From an uncultured delta proteobacterium (lineage in GTDB: Bacteria; Desulfobacterota; Binatia; Bin18): a stretch of DNA of 16,111 nt. Made by a program: the position numbers and the translations under genes. Shown here one piece after another: positions 1 to 7,399 of this stretch. How positions within the stretch are numbered: the first letter of the stretch is position 1; the number at the start of each line of letters is the position of its first letter. The stretch lies in contig CAVTCR010000049.1 of NCBI GenBank assembly GCA_963733195.1, positions 1 to 16,111 on the forward strand, in the 5' to 3' direction. Under the pieces are notes generated by a model. That model was not told the DNA's origin and made no database searches. It worked only from the letters and a program-made list of their open reading frames with translations.

Positions 1-1638
1 CTGAAAGTGAAGACGAATGGGATCGATATTCTGCCGTTTCGCCCGTATTTCGCGGATAAACTGAAGATTGCTCTCACTAAGGGTGCAGTGTCGGCAGAAG
101 GAAATCTTTCCCTACAGTCAGATCGAGAAAATAATCTCAAAGCGACCTATATCGGACAGGCAGTAGTGACAAAATTCACGACCATCGATAAAGCGACCTC
201 AGAGGATTTTCTCAAGTGGAAATCGCTACATGTGACAGGTGTGGACGTCAGTACGAGCCCGTTCCGTGTTGATATTAACGAAGTCACATTGGCCGATTTC
301 TACTCACGCCTTACGATTAATCCCGACACGACACTGAACGTTCAAGGGCTCCTGGTTGATCAACCGCCTGCGGCGCAAACTGCCAAGGTACAACCACCTG
401 CGAGTTCCAGCATATCTCCGCCACAAACCGCAGGCGAGTCCACACCCATCAAAATTGCCAAAATGATCCTCCAGAGAGGGACAGTGGATTTCAGTGACCA
501 TTTTATCAAGCCCAACTACTCGGCCAAGCTGACGCAGCTTGGTGGGCGGGTATCTAATCTGATCTCCACGAGTGGCAATCCGGCAGATGTTGATCTTCGT
601 GGCCAGCTTGATGATAGTGCACCGCTCACTATCGTCGGGAAAGTCAATCCATTCAGTACAGATTTATTCGTTGATCTCTCAGCAGATTTCAAAGACATCG
701 ATCTCAACCCGATGACGCCATACTCCGGCAAGTATGCTGGTTACACGATTGAGAGAGGGAAACTTACCCTGAATCTCAAATACCTTATTGCCAATCGCCA
801 GCTCAAGGCAGAAAACAAAGTCATTATCGACCAATTCACTTTTGGTGATTCAGTCAATAGTCCGGAGGCCACGGGGCTCCCCGTCAAGCTCGCAATCTCT
901 TTACTTAAGGATCGGAACGGCACAATCATACTGGATATGCCGCTCACAGGGTCGTTTGATGATCCGCAGTTTAGCGTGTGGGGAGTAATTATACAGATGT
1001 TGACAAACCTCATTGCCAAAGCCGCGACATCTCCATTCGCGCTGATCGGTGCAGCACTTGGTAGTGGCGGAGAAGAGATGAACCAGGTCGAGTTTGCTTA
1101 TGGCCGGGCGGTATTAGACGAGCCTGCGCAAGAGAAAATGAAGAAAATTAGTGAAGCGCTGACGGATCGTCCGTCATTGAGCCTCGATATTTCCGGCTAT
1201 GCGGAAAAAGAGAAAGATGTGGATGGACTAAAGCTTTATCGTTTTGAACGTAAGCTTAAGGCACAGAAGCTCAACGATGAAGGGAAGAAAGAGGCAGAAG
1301 GCACGTCGTTAGACGAGGTGAAGATCGAGCAGGACGAATACCTCAAGTACCTGACGATGGCATATAAGAAGGAACCATTTCCTAAGCCACGCAACATGGT
1401 CGGCCTGGTCAAAAGCCTTCCGCAAGAAGAGATGGAAACGCTCATGTTTACTCATATCGAGGTGACTGACGAGGACTTGCATAAGTTGGCGAAGCAACGA
1501 GCGGTAGCAGTGCGTGACTATCTGGTAAGTACTGGGCAACTCGAAGCCGGACGCCTGTTTTTGGTCGAAACGAAATCCATCTTTGCGCAACAAAAAGATG
1601 CGGTGAAGGGAAGTCGCGTAGAATTATCCCTTAAGTGA
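1..1638 (+). CDS. DUF748-domain (AsmA-like) envelope protein with a C-terminal split OmpA-like domain; 5'-truncated by the window edge
   Basis: Frame is open from base 1. It shows typical DUF748 motifs (FSDHFIKPNY; DLNPMTPYSGKYAGYTIERGKL; LPVKLAISLLKDRNGTIILDMPLTGSFDDPQFS; KAATSPF). The C-terminus is OmpA-like (VEFAYG...RPSLSLDISGYA...LAKQRAVAVRDYL...RVELSLK). Confidence 0.85.
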   Translation: MKVKTNGIDILPFRPYFADKLKIALTKGAVSAEGNLSLQSDRENNLKATYIGQAVVTKFTTIDKATSEDFLKWKSLHVTGVDVSTSPFRVDINEVTLADFYSRLTINPDTTLNVQGLLVDQPPAAQTAKVQPPASSSISPPQTAGESTPIKIAKMILQRGTVDFSDHFIKPNYSAKLTQLGGRVSNLISTSGNPADVDLRGQLDDSAPLTIVGKVNPFSTDLFVDLSADFKDIDLNPMTPYSGKYAGYTIERGKLTLNLKYLIANRQLKAENKVIIDQFTFGDSVNSPEATGLPVKLAISLLKDRNGTIILDMPLTGSFDDPQFSVWGVIIQMLTNLIAKAATSPFALIGAALGSGGEEMNQVEFAYGRAVLDEPAQEKMKKISEALTDRPSLSLDISGYAEKEKDVDGLKLYRFERKLKAQKLNDEGKKEAEGTSLDEVKIEQDEYLKYLTMAYKKEPFPKPRNMVGLVKSLPQEEMETLMFTHIEVTDEDLHKLAKQRAVAVRDYLVSTGQLEAGRLFLVETKSIFAQQKDAVKGSRVELSLK

Positions 1639-1669
1639 GGGCTACAGCTACAGAGAAACTGCGTGGTGC

Positions 1670-1765
1670 TGTCATTCTGCGACGAAGTTCTTCGACAAGC
1701 TCAAGATAAATTCCACGGAGGCGAAGAATCTCTCTGAAAGACCTTTCGTTCCACTCAGGGTGTCA
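1670..1765. repeat. Degenerate nested palindromic intergenic repeat (TGTCATTCTG...CGAAGAATCT / AGACCTTTCG...CTCAGGGTGTCA)
   Basis: Outer imperfect inverted ends at 1670-1679 and 1754-1765, inner imperfect pair at 1722-1731/1739-1748, and an inserted CTTCGACAAGCTCAAGATAAA module at 1690-1710. It lies between convergent genes. Confidence 0.6.
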
Positions 1766-1834
1766 CCCCTAGGACTATGCCAATCGTCTCATCTAACGTT
1801 TTGATAGTCCAGAGCGACTCTAGGTGCTCGACGC

Positions 1835-2689
1835 TCATTCCCGCCCTTGCGTTTCCGCAAACACGTATTGGCCGTCACGTAGCTCGATCCACTGTCCACG
1901 ACCGGTCGTTTGCCCTTCGACATCAAGACTGGAGCGAATGACTGTCAGTTCCTCTTCGCTGGGTGGATCAAGCGTCGCAATCTTCTTCGCCATCTTTGGT
2001 GTGAAGGACATTTCGGCAAGGACCATATCGACCGTGACAAATGGAGAGACAGCCATCAACATGAGTTCGCAGGATTGCTCCTCGTAGCCGAACATCGCCC
2101 ACGGAGTGAACACACGCCACGGGCCAGTCCCAGCTGGAAGACCCGCAGCTTCACGGGACCCAGGTCCCTCCAGAAACCCCGGCGAAGAAATGAAATCGAC
2201 ACGATCGACAAATTTTCGTTTCTGCTGATCAGTCATCAGAATCGTGCGCCAGCATTGCGACGCGATCGTGTCCGCACCACCGGGGCCGCCAAAACGCCGT
2301 CCTTTGCCCTCTTCATACGGGCCGAGCACGGTGGAATTGACATTGCCGTAGCGGTCAACTTGCAAGGTATTCAGAATACCAACGTCGATATAACCAAGCT
2401 GGGCAAAGTTTCCCGCCGTATTCATCGTGCCCCATTGTAGCGCGCGATAGCCTGCACGCGAGGCGACCATTGTCATCAATGGATCCCACGGTAGCATGGC
2501 TTTTGGCGAGACAACCCCGTCTTCAGTGAAATACTGCACTCCTGGAGTATAGAGCCGTTGGGCAAGCAAGATGGTATAGAGTGGCTCGCCACCACCACCG
2601 ACCCAATAGCTCTTGTCTTCTTCAATAAGGCGAGAAACTGAGCAAATGAGATGTTCGCGTTCGGCAAAGTGTGTGGCCGGGGTTGTCAT
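1835..2689 (-). CDS. Family I CoA-transferase beta subunit (glutaconate CoA-transferase GctB-like)
   Basis: Motifs LQVDRYGNVNST, GPGGADTIAS, FVDRVDFISSPG and GPWRVFT. The candidate catalytic Glu is in FTEDG. Overlaps the alpha subunit stop codon by 4 bp (ATGA). Confidence 0.85.
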   Translation of the reverse strand: MTTPATHFAEREHLICSVSRLIEEDKSYWVGGGGEPLYTILLAQRLYTPGVQYFTEDGVVSPKAMLPWDPLMTMVASRAGYRALQWGTMNTAGNFAQLGYIDVGILNTLQVDRYGNVNSTVLGPYEEGKGRRFGGPGGADTIASQCWRTILMTDQQKRKFVDRVDFISSPGFLEGPGSREAAGLPAGTGPWRVFTPWAMFGYEEQSCELMLMAVSPFVTVDMVLAEMSFTPKMAKKIATLDPPSEEELTVIRSSLDVEGQTTGRGQWIELRDGQYVFAETQGRE

Positions 2690-3657
2690 GTTGTGTAGCC
2701 CTCACGAATAGTTTCGCGACGTTGTAGTTCCTGAAGCTTCTTCCAGCCGATACGTTTCTCAATTGTCTCCTCGTGTGAGGCGACACTATAGACCCACTTC
2801 TCAAGATAGGGTTGCAAATTGCCCTGCATCATTGCGCCAAAACATTCAACCACGTGCGCCGGGTCTGAGGAATAGCGTCCCTGCACAGTGCCAGGATACG
2901 CGCCGAATGGGGCATGAACTACCGCGTCAACAACAAAATGCGGAATCGACGTGCGCCCAGGATCACGTCGGAATTCATCGGTTTCAATGATTTCTTCTGC
3001 AGAGATGATGACTTTCTTCGATGCCAGAGCACAGTCAACGTGTGAAATGCCCGTACCAAACACGCGCGCGTTCCCATAGATGTCGGCTTGGTGAACGTGG
3101 ATGATAGAAACGTCCGGGTTTAATGCCGGGAGCAGCACAACGGGTTTACCGGAGAAGGGATCTTTGACGAGCTTGGCGCCGGATTTGCGAAAGCCGTCCG
3201 TCCCGCCGAACGACCGCACGCCGATGAAGGGCAATCCCTGCGCTCCTGCTTGCAAACGATACGTCATGACGACATTGGAATACTCGTAAGTTTTGAGCCG
3301 ACCCTCGGCCACGGCCTTCGACAGCCACGGACCAAAGCCAACGAAGGCAACATCAAGTTTACTGGCACAGCCACCCTCGACGAGCAACGCGGCAGCAACA
3401 TAGGTGAACTTGCCGCACACCCAGAGATCTTTCTTACGCTGACGAATGACCTCGCGAATGAGGGAACTCGGTCCACGTTGGAAATAGTTACAGTCATAAG
3501 CGAAATAATCACCGTCAGCGACAAATCGCCGTACTGCTTCGTGCTCGCTCATGAGCTTATTGATGAGGGTACGTGGCTTATGCTCTCGCACCCAGGCACG
3601 AAACCCGTCAGGATCAGGAACAAGGTAATCACCTTTGCCCTCTGCGAGAATTTCCAT
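2686..3657 (-). CDS. Family I CoA-transferase alpha subunit (GctA-like)
   Basis: Motifs EAVRRFVADGD, RLQAGAQGLPF, ALNPDVSIIHVHQADIYGNA and VDAVVHAPFGAYP. A GGGGAGG RBS (3668-3674) lies upstream of the ATG. Confidence 0.87.
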   Translation of the reverse strand: MEILAEGKGDYLVPDPDGFRAWVREHKPRTLINKLMSEHEAVRRFVADGDYFAYDCNYFQRGPSSLIREVIRQRKKDLWVCGKFTYVAAALLVEGGCASKLDVAFVGFGPWLSKAVAEGRLKTYEYSNVVMTYRLQAGAQGLPFIGVRSFGGTDGFRKSGAKLVKDPFSGKPVVLLPALNPDVSIIHVHQADIYGNARVFGTGISHVDCALASKKVIISAEEIIETDEFRRDPGRTSIPHFVVDAVVHAPFGAYPGTVQGRYSSDPAHVVECFGAMMQGNLQPYLEKWVYSVASHEETIEKRIGWKKLQELQRRETIREGYTT

Positions 3658-3692
3658 TATATATTGGCCTCCCCGTCACTCTCGTGCCTAGA

Positions 3693-3717
3693 TACCACAG
3701 GCATTTTTCCTGTGGTA
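3693..3717. promoter_or_regulatory. Perfect 9-bp inverted repeat (TACCACAGG-N7-CCTGTGGTA), candidate operator in a divergent promoter region
   Basis: Seen directly, about 35 bp upstream of the CoA-transferase start and between divergently transcribed genes. Confidence 0.45.
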
Positions 3718-3849
3718 GGGGCGCACTTCTTCTTGCACTCTTGGGTTATTTCGGGGTTGCAATGGTACAACCTTTCCTTTATCCAGTAAGAAATGTCATA
3801 CTCCACTTGCAGTGGACGGGGCGAGGAACATGGGCGGAGGTGTGCGGGG

Positions 3850-4593
3850 ATGTGGTGTACCGCTATCGTAGCATTCATTGGGATTCTTGGGGTGTTGTCG
3901 CTCGGGCACGCCGAAGAGCCGTCCACAAACCAGACAACCATGCCCTTAGACTCATTCGACACGTACCAACCGGGTTCATTTCCAGGGCAATGGGCCGCGC
4001 GGGGAGATGAGGCGATAGCAAAAGCCATGTATAGTGTTGTAGAAGAGAACGGCAACCGATTCCTCCGCGCCTATGCTGACAAACAAGATGCGCAAATTGG
4101 CATCTCCCGGACGTTTAAGCCAAAGCAATTTCCTGCGTTGCGGTGGCGCTGGCGAGTGAAACAGCTCCCCACGGGCGCTGACGAGCGAGCGAAAGAAACG
4201 AACGACTCAGCCGCCGGCGTCTATGTGGTGTTTGATAGTACGGTCATGCCTCGAGCGATCAAGTATGTGTGGAGTTCGAGTCTTCCAGTTGGTACGCGAA
4301 TAACGAGTCCAGTGTACTGGCGTTCTCGCGTAGTTGTGTTGCAAAGTGGCGCCGCACGGGTCGGAGAGTGGCAACAGGAAGTGATTAATTATTATCAAGA
4401 CTACAAAGATTTTTTTGGCGAGGAACCTGGAGAAGTCGTAGGGATTGCGGTACTGACCGACTCCGACGGGACCAAGAGCGTTGCCGAAGCCGACTATGAT
4501 GACTTCTCGCTCCTTACTGCAGGAGCAGCTGAGGAAGCGCGGGCAAAAGGCACGAAAGTGCAACTTGCTCCGGCGAAAGTCGATGGTCAGTAG
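3850..4593 (+). CDS. DUF3047-family secreted protein
   Basis: Start moved from 3793 to the ATG at 3850, which has GGAGG at 3836-3840 and gives a signal peptide (MWCTAIVAFIGILGVLSLGHA/EE). Motifs LRWRWRV, NDSAAGVYVVF, IKYVWSS, GEWQQE, DYKDFFGEEP and GIAVLTDSD. Confidence 0.8.
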   Translation: MWCTAIVAFIGILGVLSLGHAEEPSTNQTTMPLDSFDTYQPGSFPGQWAARGDEAIAKAMYSVVEENGNRFLRAYADKQDAQIGISRTFKPKQFPALRWRWRVKQLPTGADERAKETNDSAAGVYVVFDSTVMPRAIKYVWSSSLPVGTRITSPVYWRSRVVVLQSGAARVGEWQQEVINYYQDYKDFFGEEPGEVVGIAVLTDSDGTKSVAEADYDDFSLLTAGAAEEARAKGTKVQLAPAKVDGQ

Positions 4594-4607
4594 GAAAGGG
4601 AAGGAAG

Positions 4608-4910
4608 ATGGCACTGTCGCAAACCGAGATTCAAGGAAAACTACGAACCGTTCCCGGATGGGAACTCATCAAGAATAAAGCGATTCAAAAGAAATTCACC
4701 TTTGCAAATTTCAAAGACGCACTCACCTTTGTCAACAAAGTCGGCGAGCTGGCTGAGCAGTCAAATCATCATCCTGATATCACTATTAATTACAATAAAG
4801 TCACCTTGAGTGTGACAACGCACGATTCCGGGGGGTTGACGAGCAAAGATTTCGACCTTGCCGGACATGTTGAGAAGATTGGGAAGGTAGAGGTAATTCG
4901 TAAAACGTGA
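4608..4910 (+). CDS. phhB: Pterin-4-alpha-carbinolamine dehydratase
   Basis: F-x-F-x-N-F, catalytic NHHPDI motif and TTHDSGGLTSKDFDLA; purine-rich RBS upstream. Confidence 0.93.
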   Translation: MALSQTEIQGKLRTVPGWELIKNKAIQKKFTFANFKDALTFVNKVGELAEQSNHHPDITINYNKVTLSVTTHDSGGLTSKDFDLAGHVEKIGKVEVIRKT

Positions 4911-4980
4911 TACGTATGTTCGAGAATAGAGAATCCTCGTTTTCTCTTTAGCTTTTACGCATCACGCTGTACGCATCACG
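4899..4980. repeat. Heptamer-periodic palindromic repeat (CGTNNNN x3 ... NNNNACG x4)
   Basis: Left arm CGTAAAA CGTGATA CGTA (4899-4916) and right arm TTTTACG CATCACG CTGTACG CATCACG (4953-4980). 4899-4916 pairs with 4956-4973 at 15 of 18 positions. TACGCATCACG is directly repeated at 4956 and 4970. Confidence 0.65.
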
Positions 4981-4996
4981 TAATATTGTTATCTCC

Positions 4997-6262
4997 TTGC
5001 CTCTCCACACGCGCATCCTGATCGGTCTTGCTGTTGGCATCGTTGCCGGCAGCCTCAGCCGTCTGTTTTTTGGCGAGCATCCGGCACTTCTCCAATTTAC
5101 GACCTACGTCGCTGAGCCTGTCGGTCGCTTGTTCATGCGGCTGATCTTCATGTTGGTTGTCCCTCTTTTATTCTCGGCGCTAGCGTTAGGGATTGCCGGA
5201 CTCGGTGATGTGCGCACGCTCGGGCGCGTCGGATTCAAAACGTTTCTGTACACGATAGGCGCAACTTCAGCCTCGGTTCTGTTAGGGCTGACACTGGTGA
5301 ACGTGTTTCGTCCGGGCGATGGGCTTACCGCAGAAACACGGGCGGCATTACAACAGGCGAGTACGGTGTCAGCTCCCCCTGCACTCTTCGCCGCAAATGA
5401 AAACCCGGTCCTAAAAATCCTCTATGCAATCGTGCCCGATAATCCTCTTCGTGCTGCGGCCCAAGGAGAGATGTTAGCTTTCATGTTCTTTGCGCTCATG
5501 TTCGGCATTGGCATTGCACTATCTCCGCCAGCGAAGATGGAGCCGCTTATCAACGTGCTCGAAGGGCTGTACGAAGTGGTGATGCGGCTGATTGAACTGG
5601 CGATGCGTTTGGCTCCGTATGGCGTTGCGGCATTGTTATTTACGCTGACTGCGCGATTTGGTTTAGACGTGCTCAAGCCTTTGCTGGCCTATATGGTGGT
5701 CGTAGTGGGTGGATTATGTCTCCAGTTGTTTGTGACCTACTCCTTAATTCTGCGGTTTTTAGGTGGCATGTCGCCAGGCTTCTTTTTTCGACAGATTAGT
5801 GAAGTGATGGCGACTGCATTTTCTACGAGTTCCAGTAACGCGACATTACCGACTGCACTCAGGGTCACACAGGAAAAATTAGGTGTTCCTCGGGACATCG
5901 CTTCGTTTGTCCTCACGCTTGGCTCAACCGCGAATCAGAACGGCACGGCTTTGTTCGAAGGCGTGACGATCCTTTTTCTCGCGCAATTCTATGGAGTCGA
6001 TCTCACGATCGGCTCGCAAGTACTCGTCGTGCTGTTTTCCGTGCTTGCAGGCGTTGGCACGGCGGGAGTTCCGGGAGGCTCACTTCCACTCATGGTGCCC
6101 ATTCTGCAATCGGTAGGCGTTCCTGGAGAAGGCATAGGTATTATTCTCGGGGTTGATCGTCTGCTAGATATGTCTCGCACAGTACTGAACGTGACCGGCG
6201 ACGTGACTGCTGCCGTAGTTATCGCCAACTCCGAAGGGCGGATGCCGATGCAGCCCTCGTAG
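4997..6262 (+). CDS. Dicarboxylate/amino acid:cation symporter (DAACS, GltP/GltPh-like)
   Basis: Multi-TM protein with HP1 AFSTSSSNATLP, HP2 GTAGVPGG and TM8 GVDRLLDMSRTVLNVTGD. TTG start, so the exact start is uncertain. Confidence 0.92.
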   Translation: MPLHTRILIGLAVGIVAGSLSRLFFGEHPALLQFTTYVAEPVGRLFMRLIFMLVVPLLFSALALGIAGLGDVRTLGRVGFKTFLYTIGATSASVLLGLTLVNVFRPGDGLTAETRAALQQASTVSAPPALFAANENPVLKILYAIVPDNPLRAAAQGEMLAFMFFALMFGIGIALSPPAKMEPLINVLEGLYEVVMRLIELAMRLAPYGVAALLFTLTARFGLDVLKPLLAYMVVVVGGLCLQLFVTYSLILRFLGGMSPGFFFRQISEVMATAFSTSSSNATLPTALRVTQEKLGVPRDIASFVLTLGSTANQNGTALFEGVTILFLAQFYGVDLTIGSQVLVVLFSVLAGVGTAGVPGGSLPLMVPILQSVGVPGEGIGIILGVDRLLDMSRTVLNVTGDVTAAVVIANSEGRMPMQPS

Positions 6263-6297
6263 CAAGAGAGGCCTCCTCGATCCCTCCTCTTGCTTTT
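6261..6297 (+). terminator. Possible weak intrinsic terminator hairpin
   Basis: AGCAAGAG (6261-6268) pairs with CTCTTGCT (6287-6294) and is followed by a short T run. The loop is large and the U-tract is short. Confidence 0.3.
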
Positions 6298-6348
6298 GTC
6301 AGCTCCCTCTGCACATGAAAGTATATCCCACTCTTTCGGAGGGAGTGT

Positions 6349-6990
6349 ATGGCAATTAGCAAAATCGCCCACTACTTTGATTACAAAAGCCCGTATGCGT
6401 ATCTAGCGCAAGCAGACACGCTTCAACTGCAAGAAGACTATGACGTCGAGATCGACTGGCTCCCCTACACACTCGACATTCCCAGTTTTCTCGGTTCGGC
6501 TGCGGTGGATGCAGCTGGGAAAGTCCTCCACGAATCTCGTAACGCTCACCAATGGCGGCGAGTGAAGTACAGTTATATGGATTGCCGTCGCGAGGCGAAT
6601 CGACGTGGCTTGGTTATTCGTGGACCCCAAAAGATCTTCGATTCGTCGATTGCGCACATTGGCATGCTGTACGCGAAACGTTCTGGCGATTTTCGCGCCT
6701 ATCACAACACGGTGTACGAACGTTTTTGGCGACGAGAATTGGATATTGAGAACCCTGAAGTTGTCCAGCGCGTACTCAAAGAAGTTGGGATTGAGAGCAG
6801 GGGGTTTCTTGACTATCTGAGTGGCGAGGGACGACAGGAACACGACCGCCTTCACAGTGCGGCAGAAGAGATGGGCGTGTTTGGGGTGCCGAGTTATCTT
6901 GTGAATGGAGAGCTGTTCTGGGGAAATGAACGGGTTGCCCGGGTACAGGAGAAATTAGAGCAAGAGGGGTTGAAGCGGAAGGGGCGCTAG
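6349..6990 (+). CDS. DsbA-family / GST-kappa protein (2-hydroxychromene-2-carboxylate isomerase-like)
   Basis: N-terminal YFDYKSPYAYLA (Ser-type, no CxxC) and C-terminal GVFGVPSYLVNGELFWGNER; GGAGG RBS. Confidence 0.88.
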   Translation: MAISKIAHYFDYKSPYAYLAQADTLQLQEDYDVEIDWLPYTLDIPSFLGSAAVDAAGKVLHESRNAHQWRRVKYSYMDCRREANRRGLVIRGPQKIFDSSIAHIGMLYAKRSGDFRAYHNTVYERFWRRELDIENPEVVQRVLKEVGIESRGFLDYLSGEGRQEHDRLHSAAEEMGVFGVPSYLVNGELFWGNERVARVQEKLEQEGLKRKGR

Positions 6991-7061
6991 TAAGAATGCA
7001 GCAGGAAAGATGCAGGGAAACAGTAGTATCATTCTCCCGAAGCAGATCAGCCGTCGCTTTC

Positions 7062-7131
7062 TGTCATTGCGAGGAACGACAGTGACGAAGCAATCTTTAT
7101 GCGCAAATGAGATTGCTTCGCTCCGCTGCTC
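7062..7131. repeat. Truncated TGTCATTGCGAG-type palindromic repeat
   Basis: TGTCATTGCGAG starts at 7062. Perfect 11-bp inverted repeat CGAAGCAATCT (7086-7096) / AGATTGCTTCG (7110-7120). The closing arm complementary to the start (CTCGCAATGACA) is absent. Confidence 0.65.
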
Positions 7132-7158
7132 AGAAACAAAATACTCCGCCCCCTGCCC

Positions 7159-7239
7159 CCTGGATTCCAGCTTTCGCTGGAATGACGCAGACGACATGCC
7201 CGTCATTCCGGGCGAGCACCGCGAGACCCGGAATCCAGG
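7159..7239. repeat. Pair of inverted GTCATTCC...GGAATCCAG (dRS3-like) palindromic units
   Basis: Four nested inverted pairs: CCTGGATTCC 7159-7168 / GGAATCCAGG 7230-7239; ATTCCAGC-TTTC-GCTGGAAT 7164-7183; GGAATGACG 7179-7187 / CGTCATTCC 7201-7209; ATTCCGGG 7205-7212 / CCCGGAAT 7227-7234. Confidence 0.75.
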
Positions 7240-7365
7240 CGCATCCAGTTTCTGCCTCCATGCTTAGCGTACTGCGCTATGGATAACTCGCAATGAGACA
7301 ACAGTGGTACGTCGCATTTTTCATCCTCACGGACGCTTGTAGTTGCATGACCATTCCCCAAAAAA

Positions 7366-7391
7366 GTAGGGATGCAGCTGTACGCCCCTAC
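7366..7391. repeat. GTAG-family REP-like palindrome
   Basis: GTAGGGATGCA-GCTG-TACGCCCCTAC; both strands begin GTAGGG and the 11-bp arms match at 8 of 11 positions. It lies just downstream of the antiporter stop codon. Confidence 0.55.
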
Positions 7392-7399
7392 GGACTTGC

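Noticed and set aside
1-1638. Apparently lower GC in the DUF748 gene than in the antiporter as a sign of horizontal transfer
   Set aside because: It rests on spot counts of single 60-nt lines only, and amino-acid composition could explain it. A proper GC3/codon-usage computation is needed.
7010-7267. Small ORFs (7010-7267 +, 6955-7206 -) in the convergent gap
   Set aside because: They simply read through the palindromic repeats and have no protein-like features.
4899-7391. Short repeats as a CRISPR array
   Set aside because: There is no series of identical repeats with unique, equal-length spacers, and no cas genes.
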